From Candidatus Latescibacterota bacterium (lineage in GTDB: Bacteria; Latescibacterota; UBA2968; UBA8231), in NCBI GenBank assembly GCA_965221775.1, contig CBDCSU010000006.1:1216001-1280000 (forward strand): a stretch of 64,000 nucleotides of DNA, in the 5' to 3' direction. The notes under the pieces were generated by a model. It had not been told where the DNA came from, ran no database searches, and worked only from the letters and a program-made list of their open reading frames with translations. Made by a program: the position numbers and the translations under genes. Every line of letters begins with the position of its first letter. Position 1 is the first letter of the stretch. Below, one piece after another: positions 27,923 through 38,207 of the stretch.

Positions 27923-29097
27923 GGCGCGGGGTCGGCCTCCGTGAGGACGCGCATGCCCTCGGTGGCGAACCGGATTCCGCCGGTGACTACCGTGCCGCCG
28001 CCTTCCAGGCCGCCGGTGACGAATACCCGGTCGTCGGCGCGCTGAAGCACGCGCACCGGAACGATGCTCACCACCCCGTCCTTCACCGTCCAGACCTCGT
28101 CGCCCGGCTGGAGGGCTGCTCTCGGCACCTTGAAGTAATCATCCGGCGCCAGGCCCTCGATCTCCACCTCCACGAAGGCACCCACGAGCAACGGATGCAC
28201 GCCCGCCGGGAACGGGTCCGTCACGCGCACGATCACGTCGATGGTGCGCGTTCGCGCGTCGAGGGCCGCCTCGCCCCGATCGACGTAGCCCTCCCAGGCA
28301 TGACTCCCGCCGCGCGACGGGGCGACCACCCGGGCCGCCACCCGCCGGTCCCCATCCCCCGGCGCGAGTTCCCACAGCCCCGGGATCAGGGCCGCGTCGG
28401 CATCGGAGACGGGCACCACCACCTCCACCGCATCCGCGGCGAAGAGGCGCCCCACGCTCTGTCCGGGCGCGAGAATCTGTCCCACGTCGACGGACTCGTC
28501 GCGCACGAAGCCGTCGAAGGGCGCGGTCACCCGTGTCCTGGAAAGGGAGAGCTCCGCGTCGGCCAGCCGTGCCTGGTCGCGCTCGAGGGCGGCACGGGCC
28601 GCCTCCAGTTGCGGCTCCCTCAGGGTGAGGGGACTGGCGGCCGGCGCCGAAGATGCACTCCCCTGCCGCTCGGAGTAGAGCCGGTACTGGTCGCGGGCGA
28701 TGGCGGCCCGTTCCTCTTCCTCGAGCAGGGCCACGCGGCGGGCGGCGAGATTGGCCTCGGCTTCCTGCACCCGGTGGAGGTAGTCCGCCTCTTCGATGCG
28801 GAACAGCGCCTGGCCCGCCTTCACCCGGCCCCCGCTCTGGAATCCCGGGTCCACCCACACGACTCGCCCGCCCACCTGCGGCGCCACGTCGATCTCCGCG
28901 CTCGGCCTCACGGTGCCGGCCCCGTACACGGGTATGGCGCCGGACCCGGCCGTTACCCGGCCCGTCTGGGCGAAGGGGATCTGCGGCGGCGGCTCGGTGC
29001 GGGCCGGCTCGGGGGCCATGGAGACCAGGAGGGCCGCCAGGCCCACGGCAACGACGAGGATGGCGGCGGCGGCGACGAGGCTGCGGATGCGGGACAT
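27919..29097 (-). CDS. RND periplasmic adaptor (membrane fusion protein)
   Basis: Start MSRIRSLVAAAAIL; 'VAPQVGGRV', 'VTAPFDGFV', 'LDARTRT'. Confidence 0.92.
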   Translation of the reverse strand: MSRIRSLVAAAAILVVAVGLAALLVSMAPEPARTEPPPQIPFAQTGRVTAGSGAIPVYGAGTVRPSAEIDVAPQVGGRVVWVDPGFQSGGRVKAGQALFRIEEADYLHRVQEAEANLAARRVALLEEEERAAIARDQYRLYSERQGSASSAPAASPLTLREPQLEAARAALERDQARLADAELSLSRTRVTAPFDGFVRDESVDVGQILAPGQSVGRLFAADAVEVVVPVSDADAALIPGLWELAPGDGDRRVAARVVAPSRGGSHAWEGYVDRGEAALDARTRTIDVIVRVTDPFPAGVHPLLVGAFVEVEIEGLAPDDYFKVPRAALQPGDEVWTVKDGVVSIVPVRVLQRADDRVFVTGGLEGGGTVVTGGIRFATEGMRVLTEADPAP

Positions 29098-29104
29098 GGG
29101 CGAC

Positions 29105-30649
29105 TTACTCCGTGGAGGTCGGCGGCGGGGTAGCGGCAGCCGCGCTGCTCTGCCGGATGGCTTCCCGGTTGTCGGCGGTCCACGCGCCGCCCAGCGCGCG
29201 GTGCAGCGCGAGGCGGGCGTAGCCGAGGTCACGTTCGGCGGCCGCCTGCGCGGCCTGCGCGCCGAGGAGAGTCTGCGATGCGGCCAGGAAAGCCTCGTAC
29301 CCGCCGACCCCGGAGAGGTACCGCCGCTCCTGCAACCCCGCTTCGGCCCCGGCCTCCTCTGCCAGCGAGACCAGCAGCGAGTGGCGGCGGCGGCTGGCCT
29401 CCAGACCGGCGAGAGCGGCCTCGACCTCGTTGACCGCGGTCACCACGGCCCGCCCGTAGGCGGCGGCCGCCTCATCCAGCCGGGCCTCGGCGAGAGCGAC
29501 ATTGCCGCGAAGGCGTGAACCCTGGAAAACCGGGCCGAGCAGGTTCAGGCTGAGATTCCGGAACCACTGATCCGGGTCGAACCACTCGTCCGCCTCGGTG
29601 CTCTGCACTCCGATGGAGCCGTGCAGGGACAGTCGCGGCAGCAGGTCCGCGCGGCGGGCGCCGACGGTGTACCGGGCCGCTTCCGCCCGCTGCCTGGCGG
29701 CGCCGACGTCGGGCCGCTGCGCCAGGAGGCCGGCGGGAATGCCGGCCGGGACCGGCTCCAGCGCCGCGGCAGGGGTCAGCGGGCCGGGCAGCCTGTCCGC
29801 GAGGTCGGCGCGGTAACCTCCCAGGAGCACCCACAGCCGCCCCTCCGCATCGGCCAGCAGGGCCTCGATCTGCGGCAGCCCGGCCTGCGTGTTGCGCAGA
29901 TGGCGCCGCGCCGCATGGAGGCCGCCCGCATCGCTCAGGCCGCGGCCATAGCGGGACTCGGCAAGGGACTCCTGGTGCCGCAGGATCTCCACGATCTCGC
30001 CGGTCAGCCTCCGCTGCCGGCGCAGGTTGGCGATCTCGAGGTAGGTCCGCACGGTCTCGGCCAGCACCCCCATGCGGGCTGTGAGGTAGTCGGACTCCGA
30101 GGCCAGCCGCGCGGCCCCGGCGGCGAGGGCGTCGTTTCGGTTCCGGCCCCAGAAGTCGAGCTCGTAGGCGACTTCCGCGGCGGCGGTATAGGTGGTCAGT
30201 CCGAGACGGTCGGGGAGAACGAGTCCGGATGCACCCAGACCGGACTCCAGGCCCAGTTCGTCGAATTGGGCGCCGATGCCCGCATTGGTGGGTGTGTCGG
30301 AGTCGCTGACGCCGACCGAGGGCTGAAGGAGCGGAAAGACCGGGGCCCTGGCGATGCGGGCCCGGGCCCTGGCCTGATCGACCCGGGCCACCGCCGCGGC
30401 CAGGTCGAAGTTCGAGGCGAGCACCTCCGCGATCACCCGGTCGAGCATCGGGTCGGAAAAGCTCTTCCACCACTCCCGCGGCTCGTAGGGACCGGCCGCT
30501 TCCCCGCCGGCGAACCCGGCCGGCAGCTCCTCCACCGACTCGAGGACCGGGGGGGTCTGCTTCGGTGCAAGGGAGCAGGCGGAGATGAGACAGCCGACGA
30601 TGGCCGGCCTCAGCAATCCGGAAACCTGGTTCCTCCCATAGCAGGCCAT
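29105..30649 (-). CDS. outer-membrane efflux lipoprotein (TolC/NodT/OprM family)
   Basis: Lipobox ISAC, 'WWKSFSDPMLD', 'YELDFWGRNR', 'LLAQRPDV', 'LHRALGGAW'. Confidence 0.93.
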   Translation of the reverse strand: MACYGRNQVSGLLRPAIVGCLISACSLAPKQTPPVLESVEELPAGFAGGEAAGPYEPREWWKSFSDPMLDRVIAEVLASNFDLAAAVARVDQARARARIARAPVFPLLQPSVGVSDSDTPTNAGIGAQFDELGLESGLGASGLVLPDRLGLTTYTAAAEVAYELDFWGRNRNDALAAGAARLASESDYLTARMGVLAETVRTYLEIANLRRQRRLTGEIVEILRHQESLAESRYGRGLSDAGGLHAARRHLRNTQAGLPQIEALLADAEGRLWVLLGGYRADLADRLPGPLTPAAALEPVPAGIPAGLLAQRPDVGAARQRAEAARYTVGARRADLLPRLSLHGSIGVQSTEADEWFDPDQWFRNLSLNLLGPVFQGSRLRGNVALAEARLDEAAAAYGRAVVTAVNEVEAALAGLEASRRRHSLLVSLAEEAGAEAGLQERRYLSGVGGYEAFLAASQTLLGAQAAQAAAERDLGYARLALHRALGGAWTADNREAIRQSSAAAATPPPTSTE

Positions 30650-30757
30650 CTCCCTACCCTCTCGCGGCGACGGCAGCGGGGCACACCAAAGCCTCTGTCA
30701 TCTTGCCGTGACCTTCCGAAGTGTACGCAATCAAGGGAAATCCGGCATGGTTGCGGG

Positions 30758-32305
30758 TCAGGACCCCGGCGAGTCGACGAACTGGAAGGCGTACAACTTG
30801 CAGTCGCGCATGACGAAACGGATCCGGACGGGTGTCCCGGACAACGGGCCGACATCCCCGCCCTTCTTCCAGCGGACGGGCATGCGCACCGAGTTGCCGC
30901 AGATCCAGGAGGCGTCGCGCTCCGTGTACCCGCCGAGGGGACGTCCCTCCGCATCCTGAAGCTCGACGCGCACGGCGCCGCCGCCGCCGGTGTCGAGGTT
31001 CAGCTCCAGACGCCGGCCCTCGAAGCGGACGACGGGCGTGACGATCTCGCCGCCGCCGTAGCCCGCATCCGCCGACACGAACCCGTCGAGCCGCAGGATG
31101 GCCCGGCCGATGCCGGAGAGGTGGCCCCCGCCCGCCGGGTCGACGAGGCCGTCGTGGTCGCGGTTGGTGCCGCTGTAGTAGATCCAGATCTCGTCACCCC
31201 TTCGCACCGGCTGCGGCATGGCCCAGACCATGCGCGAGGAGAAGCCGCCTTCGGGCCCCGGGCTCAGGAAGGGCCGCCGTCCGCCGCAGCGCAGGAAGTT
31301 CACTCCGTCGCGGCTCACCGACAGACGCGCGTCGAAGCGGCTGGGGCCGTAGATCTGCTGTGTCTCTGTGCGCGGGACGTCCATGTCGTCGCGGACCGTG
31401 GTCACCACCGGCTCGCGGTTGAACCAGTACCAGTTGGCGTTGGCCAGCATGACGTACACGCCGTGGGCGTCCGGGTACTTGAAGACGGTGGCGCCGTAGT
31501 AGTCCATCGGCGTCCTGCCGTACGGCTTCTCCGGCGCCGTGGGATCCAGCGGCGCCCCGGTCTCGTACGTCGCCAGGTCTTCCTCGTCCGGCCACATGAC
31601 CGTCTTCTGGTTCTCCCAGTTGACCAGATCGTCGGATTCGAGACGCCGGACCGTCCGGTAGTTCTCGTTGCCGGTGGCGGTGGTGTGGCGTTTGGCGACC
31701 CAGCGGCGGGTGTAGAGGACGTAGCGCCCGATGGCGGGGTCCCGGAAGATGATGCTCTGCGTATCCCAGCCGCCGCGGTGCGGAAGCTGCATGCGGCGAA
31801 GGAACTTCCAGTGGATTCCGTCGGGCGAGCCGTGCATGTGGAACTGCATCGCCACATCCGGATTGTAGACCTTCGACTGGTTCTTGTAGCGCTCCTCCGG
31901 CGGGGCCTTCGGGTCGATCCAGACCGAGCTGCCGCCGATCTTGCCCGGGATGACGACGTTGTTGGCCGTCGACCCGCCTTCGTCGATGAGGTTCAGCTCC
32001 GGCTTGTCGAAGTGGATGCCGTCCGTCGACTCGGCATAGCCGACGTAGGCCTGCTCCAGGCCGGGCCCGGACCCCGCCTTGCGCACGTGATACCACAGCC
32101 GGATACGGCCGTCCTCTTCCTGCAGCACGCTGCTGTAGATGCCGAAGCTGGTGGTGGACGGATCCTCCCACGGGGCGCCGGCGGTGACCACCGGCTCCGC
32201 CGCCTGGCCGGGTGGATTCATGGTGAGCTCGACGCCATGGCCGGCGGCGATCAAGCGATCGTCGACGAAGAGCTGCTTCCTCGATCCGATGTCCATCGGC
32301 TTCAT
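30758..32305 (-). CDS. five-bladed beta-propeller glycoside hydrolase-like protein (GH32/GH43 clan-like)
   Basis: Start MKPMDIGSRKQLFVDD; 'YAESTDGIHFDKPEL', 'SPDGIHW', 'LRLDGFVS', C-terminal beta-sandwich 'LYAFQF'. Confidence 0.7.
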   Translation of the reverse strand: MKPMDIGSRKQLFVDDRLIAAGHGVELTMNPPGQAAEPVVTAGAPWEDPSTTSFGIYSSVLQEEDGRIRLWYHVRKAGSGPGLEQAYVGYAESTDGIHFDKPELNLIDEGGSTANNVVIPGKIGGSSVWIDPKAPPEERYKNQSKVYNPDVAMQFHMHGSPDGIHWKFLRRMQLPHRGGWDTQSIIFRDPAIGRYVLYTRRWVAKRHTTATGNENYRTVRRLESDDLVNWENQKTVMWPDEEDLATYETGAPLDPTAPEKPYGRTPMDYYGATVFKYPDAHGVYVMLANANWYWFNREPVVTTVRDDMDVPRTETQQIYGPSRFDARLSVSRDGVNFLRCGGRRPFLSPGPEGGFSSRMVWAMPQPVRRGDEIWIYYSGTNRDHDGLVDPAGGGHLSGIGRAILRLDGFVSADAGYGGGEIVTPVVRFEGRRLELNLDTGGGGAVRVELQDAEGRPLGGYTERDASWICGNSVRMPVRWKKGGDVGPLSGTPVRIRFVMRDCKLYAFQFVDSPGS

Positions 32306-32380
32306 GATGCCCTCCCTGCAAACCCTCGCTTCGTGCTCACCTTCGGTTTGTCTATCATTGCGCGCCCGCAGAGACGCCTT

Positions 32381-33592
32381 GTGAATCACTCGAAATTGTA
32401 CTGGGACGAGACCCGCTACTCCAGCTTCCCCACGGTGGTCGGGGGAGACCGCGGCGAGCTGTGGGTCGGCTTCGACTGGAACTCCCACACGCCGCTTTCC
32501 CGGGGGGTCCAGGGTGCGGCGCACTCCCACGCAGGTGGCCTGGCGGGAGGCGCCACCGGTCACGTGGAGTTGTTCTCCCCGGACGGGGGGGACAACTGGT
32601 TCGAGGAGGGGAAGGACGGGCGGTACCGCCAGTGCCCGGAGGCGCTGAGAAGCGCCGTGCTCAGCGACGGCACGCAGGTCCGGATCTCCCGTCCCGTCAA
32701 CGCCTACCCACCCGGGCGCAGGCAGGAGTTCGAGGCCCGCGGCTTTGCGGTGGAGGAGTTCCCCGGGCGCATCCACGTGGAGCACAGCCTGCGGGTGTCG
32801 CGAAAGCGGCCGCGACAGGGCTCCTGGGAACACCTTCTGCTCCGGAGCGGCGAGGAGCTGCCGTTCTTCGCCCTCGTCCGCAACGGGTCCGACCTGAAGA
32901 GCTGTGTTCTGGCCGGCGATACGATTCTGCACCAGGTCTACGGGAGCGCCCGGGCCGGCGATCCGTACCGGGCGTGGGTGCTGCGCTCGGAAGACGGCGG
33001 CGACACCTGGGAGATGGTGACGATGGCGTACGACGGCGGCGAGCATCCCTTCAACGAGAGCAGCCTGCTGGCGCTGCCGGGGGGCCGCATCGTGGCGATG
33101 GTGCGCACCTCGAGCGGCAGCAAGCGCATTCCACAGGAGGAGAAGCACCTCTTCCAGACACACTCGGACGACGGCGGCAAGACCTGGAGCCGGGTGAGAA
33201 AGACCGGGATGTGGGGATATCCTCCGCACCTGCTGCTGCTGAGCAGCGGCGATGTCCTGTGCAGCTACGGACACCGGCGGGCCCCCTTCGGGGTGCGGGC
33301 CTGCCTGTCCCGCGATGGCTGCGAGACCTGGGAGACCGACGACGAGATCGTGCTCCGCGATGACGGTCTCACGACCGACGGGACCGTGGCCGGGAAGGGA
33401 ACCCCCGACGACCTGGGTTACCCGCGGACGGTGGAGCTGCCCGACGGCTCGCTGTTCACCGTGTACTACATGACCCTCGGCGACAGCGTGACCCACGTCG
33501 CCGCTACCCGATGGACGCTGGGTCCGGCCCAGGCCTCCGCTTCGCGCCGGCCGCGTGCGCGCGGGACTGTGCCCGCCGCCCCCGGTCCCTGA
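32381..33592 (+). CDS. BNR/Asp-box (sialidase-like) protein
   Basis: GTG start; Asp boxes SPDGGDNW, SEDGGDTW, SDDGGKTW, SRDGCETW; 'DLGYPRTVELPDG'. Confidence 0.8.
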   Translation: MNHSKLYWDETRYSSFPTVVGGDRGELWVGFDWNSHTPLSRGVQGAAHSHAGGLAGGATGHVELFSPDGGDNWFEEGKDGRYRQCPEALRSAVLSDGTQVRISRPVNAYPPGRRQEFEARGFAVEEFPGRIHVEHSLRVSRKRPRQGSWEHLLLRSGEELPFFALVRNGSDLKSCVLAGDTILHQVYGSARAGDPYRAWVLRSEDGGDTWEMVTMAYDGGEHPFNESSLLALPGGRIVAMVRTSSGSKRIPQEEKHLFQTHSDDGGKTWSRVRKTGMWGYPPHLLLLSSGDVLCSYGHRRAPFGVRACLSRDGCETWETDDEIVLRDDGLTTDGTVAGKGTPDDLGYPRTVELPDGSLFTVYYMTLGDSVTHVAATRWTLGPAQASASRRPRARGTVPAAPGP

Positions 33593-36507
33593 CGGGGGCC
33601 CCCGAACTCGAGGCACCCATCTCGAGCAGGTGCTTTTCCCGGGAGCCCGGGCTCGCGTCGGTTCTGTTCCGGCTGTTCCGCCGCCGCGACGCCAGGGCCG
33701 CCACCGTTGAGGACGCGGCCCTGAGACTGACCTGGGCCTCCGGTGCCAGGGAGATCCCCCTCGGCGCCATCGAATCCGCGCAACTCCAGACGGGGTGGCG
33801 CTGGGGCCGGGTGAGGGTTGGTCATGCCTCCGGGGCGGCCGCCGTGTCCGGGCTTGCGCGGGCCGACGCGGAGGCGCTTGCGGAGGCGCTGGAAGCGGCC
33901 CGGGCCGGTTGGTGGCGCCGGGAGTTCGCCGCCCGGAGCGAGGCGCTCCGCTCCATCCACGGGCGCTTGGCGCAGTTCGAGGACCCGCCGGGATACATGG
34001 GCCGCAGCCTCTGCGGTGATCTCGAGCGAGTCGCGGGTGAAGTCGCCGGCCACTTTCCCGGCCAGTGGCCGGACCCCCTTTCCGACGCTCCGGAAGCCGC
34101 GATGCTGGCGGCGGTACGGGGGTTCCTCAGCAGCCCCGAGGCGTTCAGGGCGAGGGCCAACGAGGCCTTCGCCGCCGGTGAGCTGAAGCGCTGCCGGGCG
34201 TTCTTCGACCGGGTGGAGGCGCGGCCCCTCACCGACGAGCAGCGCCGAGCGGTCGTGGTCGACGAAGACCGCAACCTCGTGGTCGCCGCCGCCGGCAGCG
34301 GCAAGACCTCGGTGATCGTCGCCAAGGCCGGCTGGCTCGTTCTGAGAGGTTCCCGGCGCCCGTCGGAACTGCTCCTGCTCGCCTTCGCAAGGGACGCCCG
34401 GGACGAGCTCGACGAACGCATCCGCGCCCGTCTTGGGGACGAGACGGCCGGCGGCGCCACGGTGCGGACGTTCCACGGCCTCGGCATGTCGATCATCGGC
34501 AAGGCCGAGGGCCGGCGCCCGTCACTGGCCCGGGCCGCAGAGGACAACAAGGCGCTCATCGACCTGCTGAAGGAGATCCTCGCCCGACGGCTCGCCGCCG
34601 GCGAGGTGCCGGATGCCCTGCTCAGGTGGTTCATGGGCTGCTTCGCGCCCTACCGGAGCCACCAGGAGTTCAGCAACTGGGGGCAGTACTGGGAGTACCT
34701 CCGCCGCTACGACATCCGCTCCCTGAAGGGGGAGAAGGTGAAGAGCATGGAGGAATGCGAGATCGCCAACTTCCTCTACCTGAACAGCGTGCCTTACGAG
34801 TACGAAGCCCCCTACGAACACGACACGGCGACCCCGGAGAAGCGTCAGTACCGGCCCGACTTCCATCTCCCGGAGGCGGGGATCTACATCGAGCACTTCG
34901 GCCTCGACGCCGAAGGCCGGACGGCGCCGTTCGTCGATGAGAAGAAGTACCTCCAGGACATGGAGTGGAAGCGCCGGCTTCACGCCGAGAAGGGCACCGT
35001 CCTCATCGAGACCTTCAGCCGGGAACGGGCCGCCGGCGCCTTGACCCGCAATCTGCGGAACAAGCTCGCCGCGCGCGGCGTCCCCCTGTCCCCGCTTCCC
35101 CAGGCCGAGGTCTTCACCGTCCTCCAGCGGCAGGGCCGCATCGATCCGTTCCTGCGCCTGCTGGCAACCTTCCTTCACCACTTCAAGGGAGCCCAGCTCA
35201 CCTTCGAGGAAGTCTCCCGCCGGGCGGCGGGCGCCGAAGACCCGCGGCGGGCCGAGGCGTTCCTCGCCGTCTTCGGACCGGTCTTCGAGGCCTACCAGGA
35301 AACCCTCTCCCGTCTGGGAGAGATCGACTTTCACGACATGATCGACAAGGCGACGGAACATGTGGAGGCGGGACGCTACCGCAGCCCCTTCGGCTACATC
35401 CTGGTCGATGAGTTCCAGGACATCTCCCCCGCGAGGGCGAGGCTGCTGAAGGCACTGCTCGACCAGTCCCCGGCGGCCCAGTTGTTCGCCGTCGGCGACG
35501 ACTGGCAGGCGATATTCCGCTTCGCCGGATCCGACACCGCCATCATGCGCGACTTCGGGAAGCGCTTTGGCGCCAGCGAGCGGATCGCCCTGGAGACGAC
35601 CTTCCGATGTCCGCAGGCCATCGCCGAGGCCGCGACCCGGTTCGTTCTCGCCAACCCCACGCAGATACGCAAGAAGGTGCGTTCGACGCGCACGGTGGAG
35701 GGACCGTGCGTGCACGTAGGGCTCGCCGGGACCGAGGGCCTTTCCCTGTTGAGCGACGCCCTCGACAGGATCGCGGCGGACGCCGAGACGAGCCAGGAGG
35801 CGTCGAGCGTGCTGTTGCTGGGACGCTACCGGCACGCGCAACCGCCCGACCTGTCCGGCCTGGCCAGCCGCTATCCCCGCCTGCGGCTGTCCTTCATGAC
35901 CGTCCACGGCTCCAAGGGCCTCGAAGCCGACTATGCGGTGGTCCTCGGCCTGTGCTCGGGCAGACACGGGTTCCCGTCGGAGATCGCCGACGACCCCCTT
36001 CTCGATCTCGTTCTCTCGGCGCCGGACGAACATCCGAACGCCGAGGAGCGGCGCCTTCTCTACGTCGCCATGACCCGGGCCCGACGCCGGGTCTACCTTC
36101 TCGCCGACGGTGGCCCCCCTTCTCCCTTCGTTCAGGAGTTGATCAAGGGGGGCGGCGACGTCGTCGTCTTCGGGCCTTCGCCGGAGAAGGAGGCGCCCTG
36201 TCCCCGGTGCGTCGAAGGACACCTGGTACCCCGCGAGAACAGCCGCGACCGGAGCGTGTTCTACGGCTGCTCGAACTGGCCGTACTGCAGACACAGGCAG
36301 CCGCCCTGCCCGGCCTGCGGCAAAGGACTGCCGGTGGCGGAGAACGGGGGGTTCCGCTGCCGGGATTGCCGCCAGCCGATCGAGGCCTGCCCCGACTGCG
36401 GCGGCTGGCTGCAGACCCGGATCGGCCGGCACGGCCGCTTCGTCGGGTGCTCGAACTGGCCTGAATGCGGCTATACCCGCCAGCCTTCGCCGGGCCATCG
36501 GGGCTGA
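33511..36507 (+). CDS. helD: UvrD-family DNA helicase IV-like protein with inserted nuclease-like domain and C-terminal topoisomerase-type Zn ribbons (start uncertain)
   Basis: 'LTDEQRRAV', AAAGSGKT, 'ILVDEFQD', 'VGDDWQAIFRF', 'TVHGSKGLE', 'EERRLLYVAMTRAR'; repeated 'FYGCSNWPYC'/'FVGCSNWPEC' ribbons. Confidence 0.85.
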   Translation: MDAGSGPGLRFAPAACARDCARRPRSLTGAPELEAPISSRCFSREPGLASVLFRLFRRRDARAATVEDAALRLTWASGAREIPLGAIESAQLQTGWRWGRVRVGHASGAAAVSGLARADAEALAEALEAARAGWWRREFAARSEALRSIHGRLAQFEDPPGYMGRSLCGDLERVAGEVAGHFPGQWPDPLSDAPEAAMLAAVRGFLSSPEAFRARANEAFAAGELKRCRAFFDRVEARPLTDEQRRAVVVDEDRNLVVAAAGSGKTSVIVAKAGWLVLRGSRRPSELLLLAFARDARDELDERIRARLGDETAGGATVRTFHGLGMSIIGKAEGRRPSLARAAEDNKALIDLLKEILARRLAAGEVPDALLRWFMGCFAPYRSHQEFSNWGQYWEYLRRYDIRSLKGEKVKSMEECEIANFLYLNSVPYEYEAPYEHDTATPEKRQYRPDFHLPEAGIYIEHFGLDAEGRTAPFVDEKKYLQDMEWKRRLHAEKGTVLIETFSRERAAGALTRNLRNKLAARGVPLSPLPQAEVFTVLQRQGRIDPFLRLLATFLHHFKGAQLTFEEVSRRAAGAEDPRRAEAFLAVFGPVFEAYQETLSRLGEIDFHDMIDKATEHVEAGRYRSPFGYILVDEFQDISPARARLLKALLDQSPAAQLFAVGDDWQAIFRFAGSDTAIMRDFGKRFGASERIALETTFRCPQAIAEAATRFVLANPTQIRKKVRSTRTVEGPCVHVGLAGTEGLSLLSDALDRIAADAETSQEASSVLLLGRYRHAQPPDLSGLASRYPRLRLSFMTVHGSKGLEADYAVVLGLCSGRHGFPSEIADDPLLDLVLSAPDEHPNAEERRLLYVAMTRARRRVYLLADGGPPSPFVQELIKGGGDVVVFGPSPEKEAPCPRCVEGHLVPRENSRDRSVFYGCSNWPYCRHRQPPCPACGKGLPVAENGGFRCRDCRQPIEACPDCGGWLQTRIGRHGRFVGCSNWPECGYTRQPSPGHRG

Positions 36508-36683
36508 CGGGGCGACTCTTCCCCCGATCGCCTGGACCTTTCCAGGACCGGCCCAAGTCCCGTTAATCCTGCCATGTCCCGCACTCCCCAGACAACCGCT
36601 GCACCGATCCGCGGGATGCCCGTACGGCGGGGCCCGGAGACCGGGATTGTCGGAAGGCCCCCAATCGACTACGGAGAGCGGCC

Positions 36684-37418
36684 GTGACCCGGGCCTTGGG
36701 CGCCATACTGCGGCGGATCGTCGATGCCCTGCGCGACCTGGCGCCGATCATCCTCGTCATCGCCTTCTTCCAGATCGTGGTGCTGCAGCAGCCGTTCCCG
36801 GATCTCGGGCGCGTCACCCTCGGCCTGGTCTGCGTGATCGCCGGCCTGACGCTCTTCATCCAGGGGCTTGAGAGCGGCCTCTTCCCCCTGGGCGAGGCGA
36901 TCGCCCAGGCCTTTGCCCGCAAGGGCAGCGCCACGGCCCTGCTGGCCTTCGCCTTCTGCCTCGGCTTCGGCACCACCGTCGCGGAACCGGCCCTGATCGC
37001 CGTGGCCGCGGAGGCGGCCGAGGTCGCCGCCGAAGCCGGCGCCATCGCCGACCACGACGGGGCGCGCGGCTCGTATGCCTTCAACCTGCGCATGGTGGTG
37101 GCCGTCTCCGTCGGCGCCGCGATCCTGCTCGGCGTGCTGCGCATCCTCAAGGGCTGGCCCCTCCACCGGCTGATCATCGGCGGCTACGTGGTGGTCACCG
37201 CCATGACCGCCTTCGCGCCCCCGGAGATCATCGGCGTGGCCTACGACTCCGGCGGCGTCACCACCAGCACGATCACGGTGCCCCTGGTCACCGCCCTCGG
37301 TGTGGGGCTCGCCACGTCGATCCGGGGGCGCAACCCGATGGTCGACGGCTTCGGGCTCATCGCCTTCGCCAGTCTGACGCCGATGATCTTCGTCCTCGCC
37401 TACGGCATGGTGGTCTGA
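36684..37418 (+). CDS. DUF1538 family membrane protein
   Basis: '[11 protein letters not shown]', '[15 protein letters not shown]', '[10 protein letters not shown]'. Confidence 0.88.
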   Translation: MTRALGAILRRIVDALRDLAPIILVIAFFQIVVLQQPFPDLGRVTLGLVCVIAGLTLFIQGLESGLFPLGEAIAQAFARKGSATALLAFAFCLGFGTTVAEPALIAVAAEAAEVAAEAGAIADHDGARGSYAFNLRMVVAVSVGAAILLGVLRILKGWPLHRLIIGGYVVVTAMTAFAPPEIIGVAYDSGGVTTSTITVPLVTALGVGLATSIRGRNPMVDGFGLIAFASLTPMIFVLAYGMVV

Positions 37419-37419
37419 G

Positions 37420-38205
37420 GTGGAGTTCCTGCGCACCATTGTCGTCACCGCGGGTACCACCGCCCTCGACGTGGCGCCCATCGTCGGCATCCTCGTCCTC
37501 TTCCAGGTGGCGGTGCTGCGCCGCAGCCTGCCCAATCTCCGGCGGATCGCGGCCGGCTTCGGCCTCGTCCTGCTGGGTCTCACCCTGTTCCTCATCGGCC
37601 TGGAGGAAGCCCTCTTCCCCATCGGCGAGACCATGGCCCGCCAGCTCACCGCCCCCGAGACCATCGGGACGGCGAGTCTGGCCGACGGCGTCGACTGGCA
37701 CGACTACCTGCTGGTCTACGTCTTTGCCGCGGCCATCGGCTTTGCCACCACCGTGGCCGAGCCCTCCCTCATCGCGGTGGCCCTCAAGGCCGAGGAGATC
37801 TCGGGCGGCGCCATCCACGCCTGGGGCCTGCGGATCGCGGTGGCCGCCGGGGTGGCGGCGGGAGTGGCCCTCGGGTGCTTCCGCATCGTCACCGGCACCC
37901 CCCTGCCGTGGTACATCATCGCCGCGTATGTGGTGGTCATCGCCCAGACCTTCCGGTCGAGCCGGACCATCGTGCCCCTCGCCTACGACAGCGGCGGCGT
38001 CACCACCTCGACCGTCACCGTGCCGGTGGTCGCCGCCCTGGGCCTGGGGCTCGCGGCCACCGTTCCCGGGCGCAGCCCGCTCATCGACGGATTCGGACTC
38101 ATCGCCTTCGCCAGCGTCTTCCCCATCATGTCCGTGCTCGGCTATGCCATGGCCGTGTCCTGGGTGGGCCGGCGCCGGGAAGCCAACCATTCCAAGGAGA
38201 CCTGA
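37420..38205 (+). CDS. DUF1538 family membrane protein (paralogue)
   Basis: Same motifs: 'TTVAEPSL', '[15 protein letters not shown]', '[10 protein letters not shown]'. Confidence 0.88.
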   Translation: MEFLRTIVVTAGTTALDVAPIVGILVLFQVAVLRRSLPNLRRIAAGFGLVLLGLTLFLIGLEEALFPIGETMARQLTAPETIGTASLADGVDWHDYLLVYVFAAAIGFATTVAEPSLIAVALKAEEISGGAIHAWGLRIAVAAGVAAGVALGCFRIVTGTPLPWYIIAAYVVVIAQTFRSSRTIVPLAYDSGGVTTSTVTVPVVAALGLGLAATVPGRSPLIDGFGLIAFASVFPIMSVLGYAMAVSWVGRRREANHSKET

Positions 38206-38207
38206 CC

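Noticed and set aside
29621-33616. 1323-aa (+) and 952-aa (-) ORFs suggesting giant overlapping genes
   Set aside because: Only 32381-33592 (+) and 30758-32305 (-) look like real proteins; the extensions are antisense to neighbouring genes.
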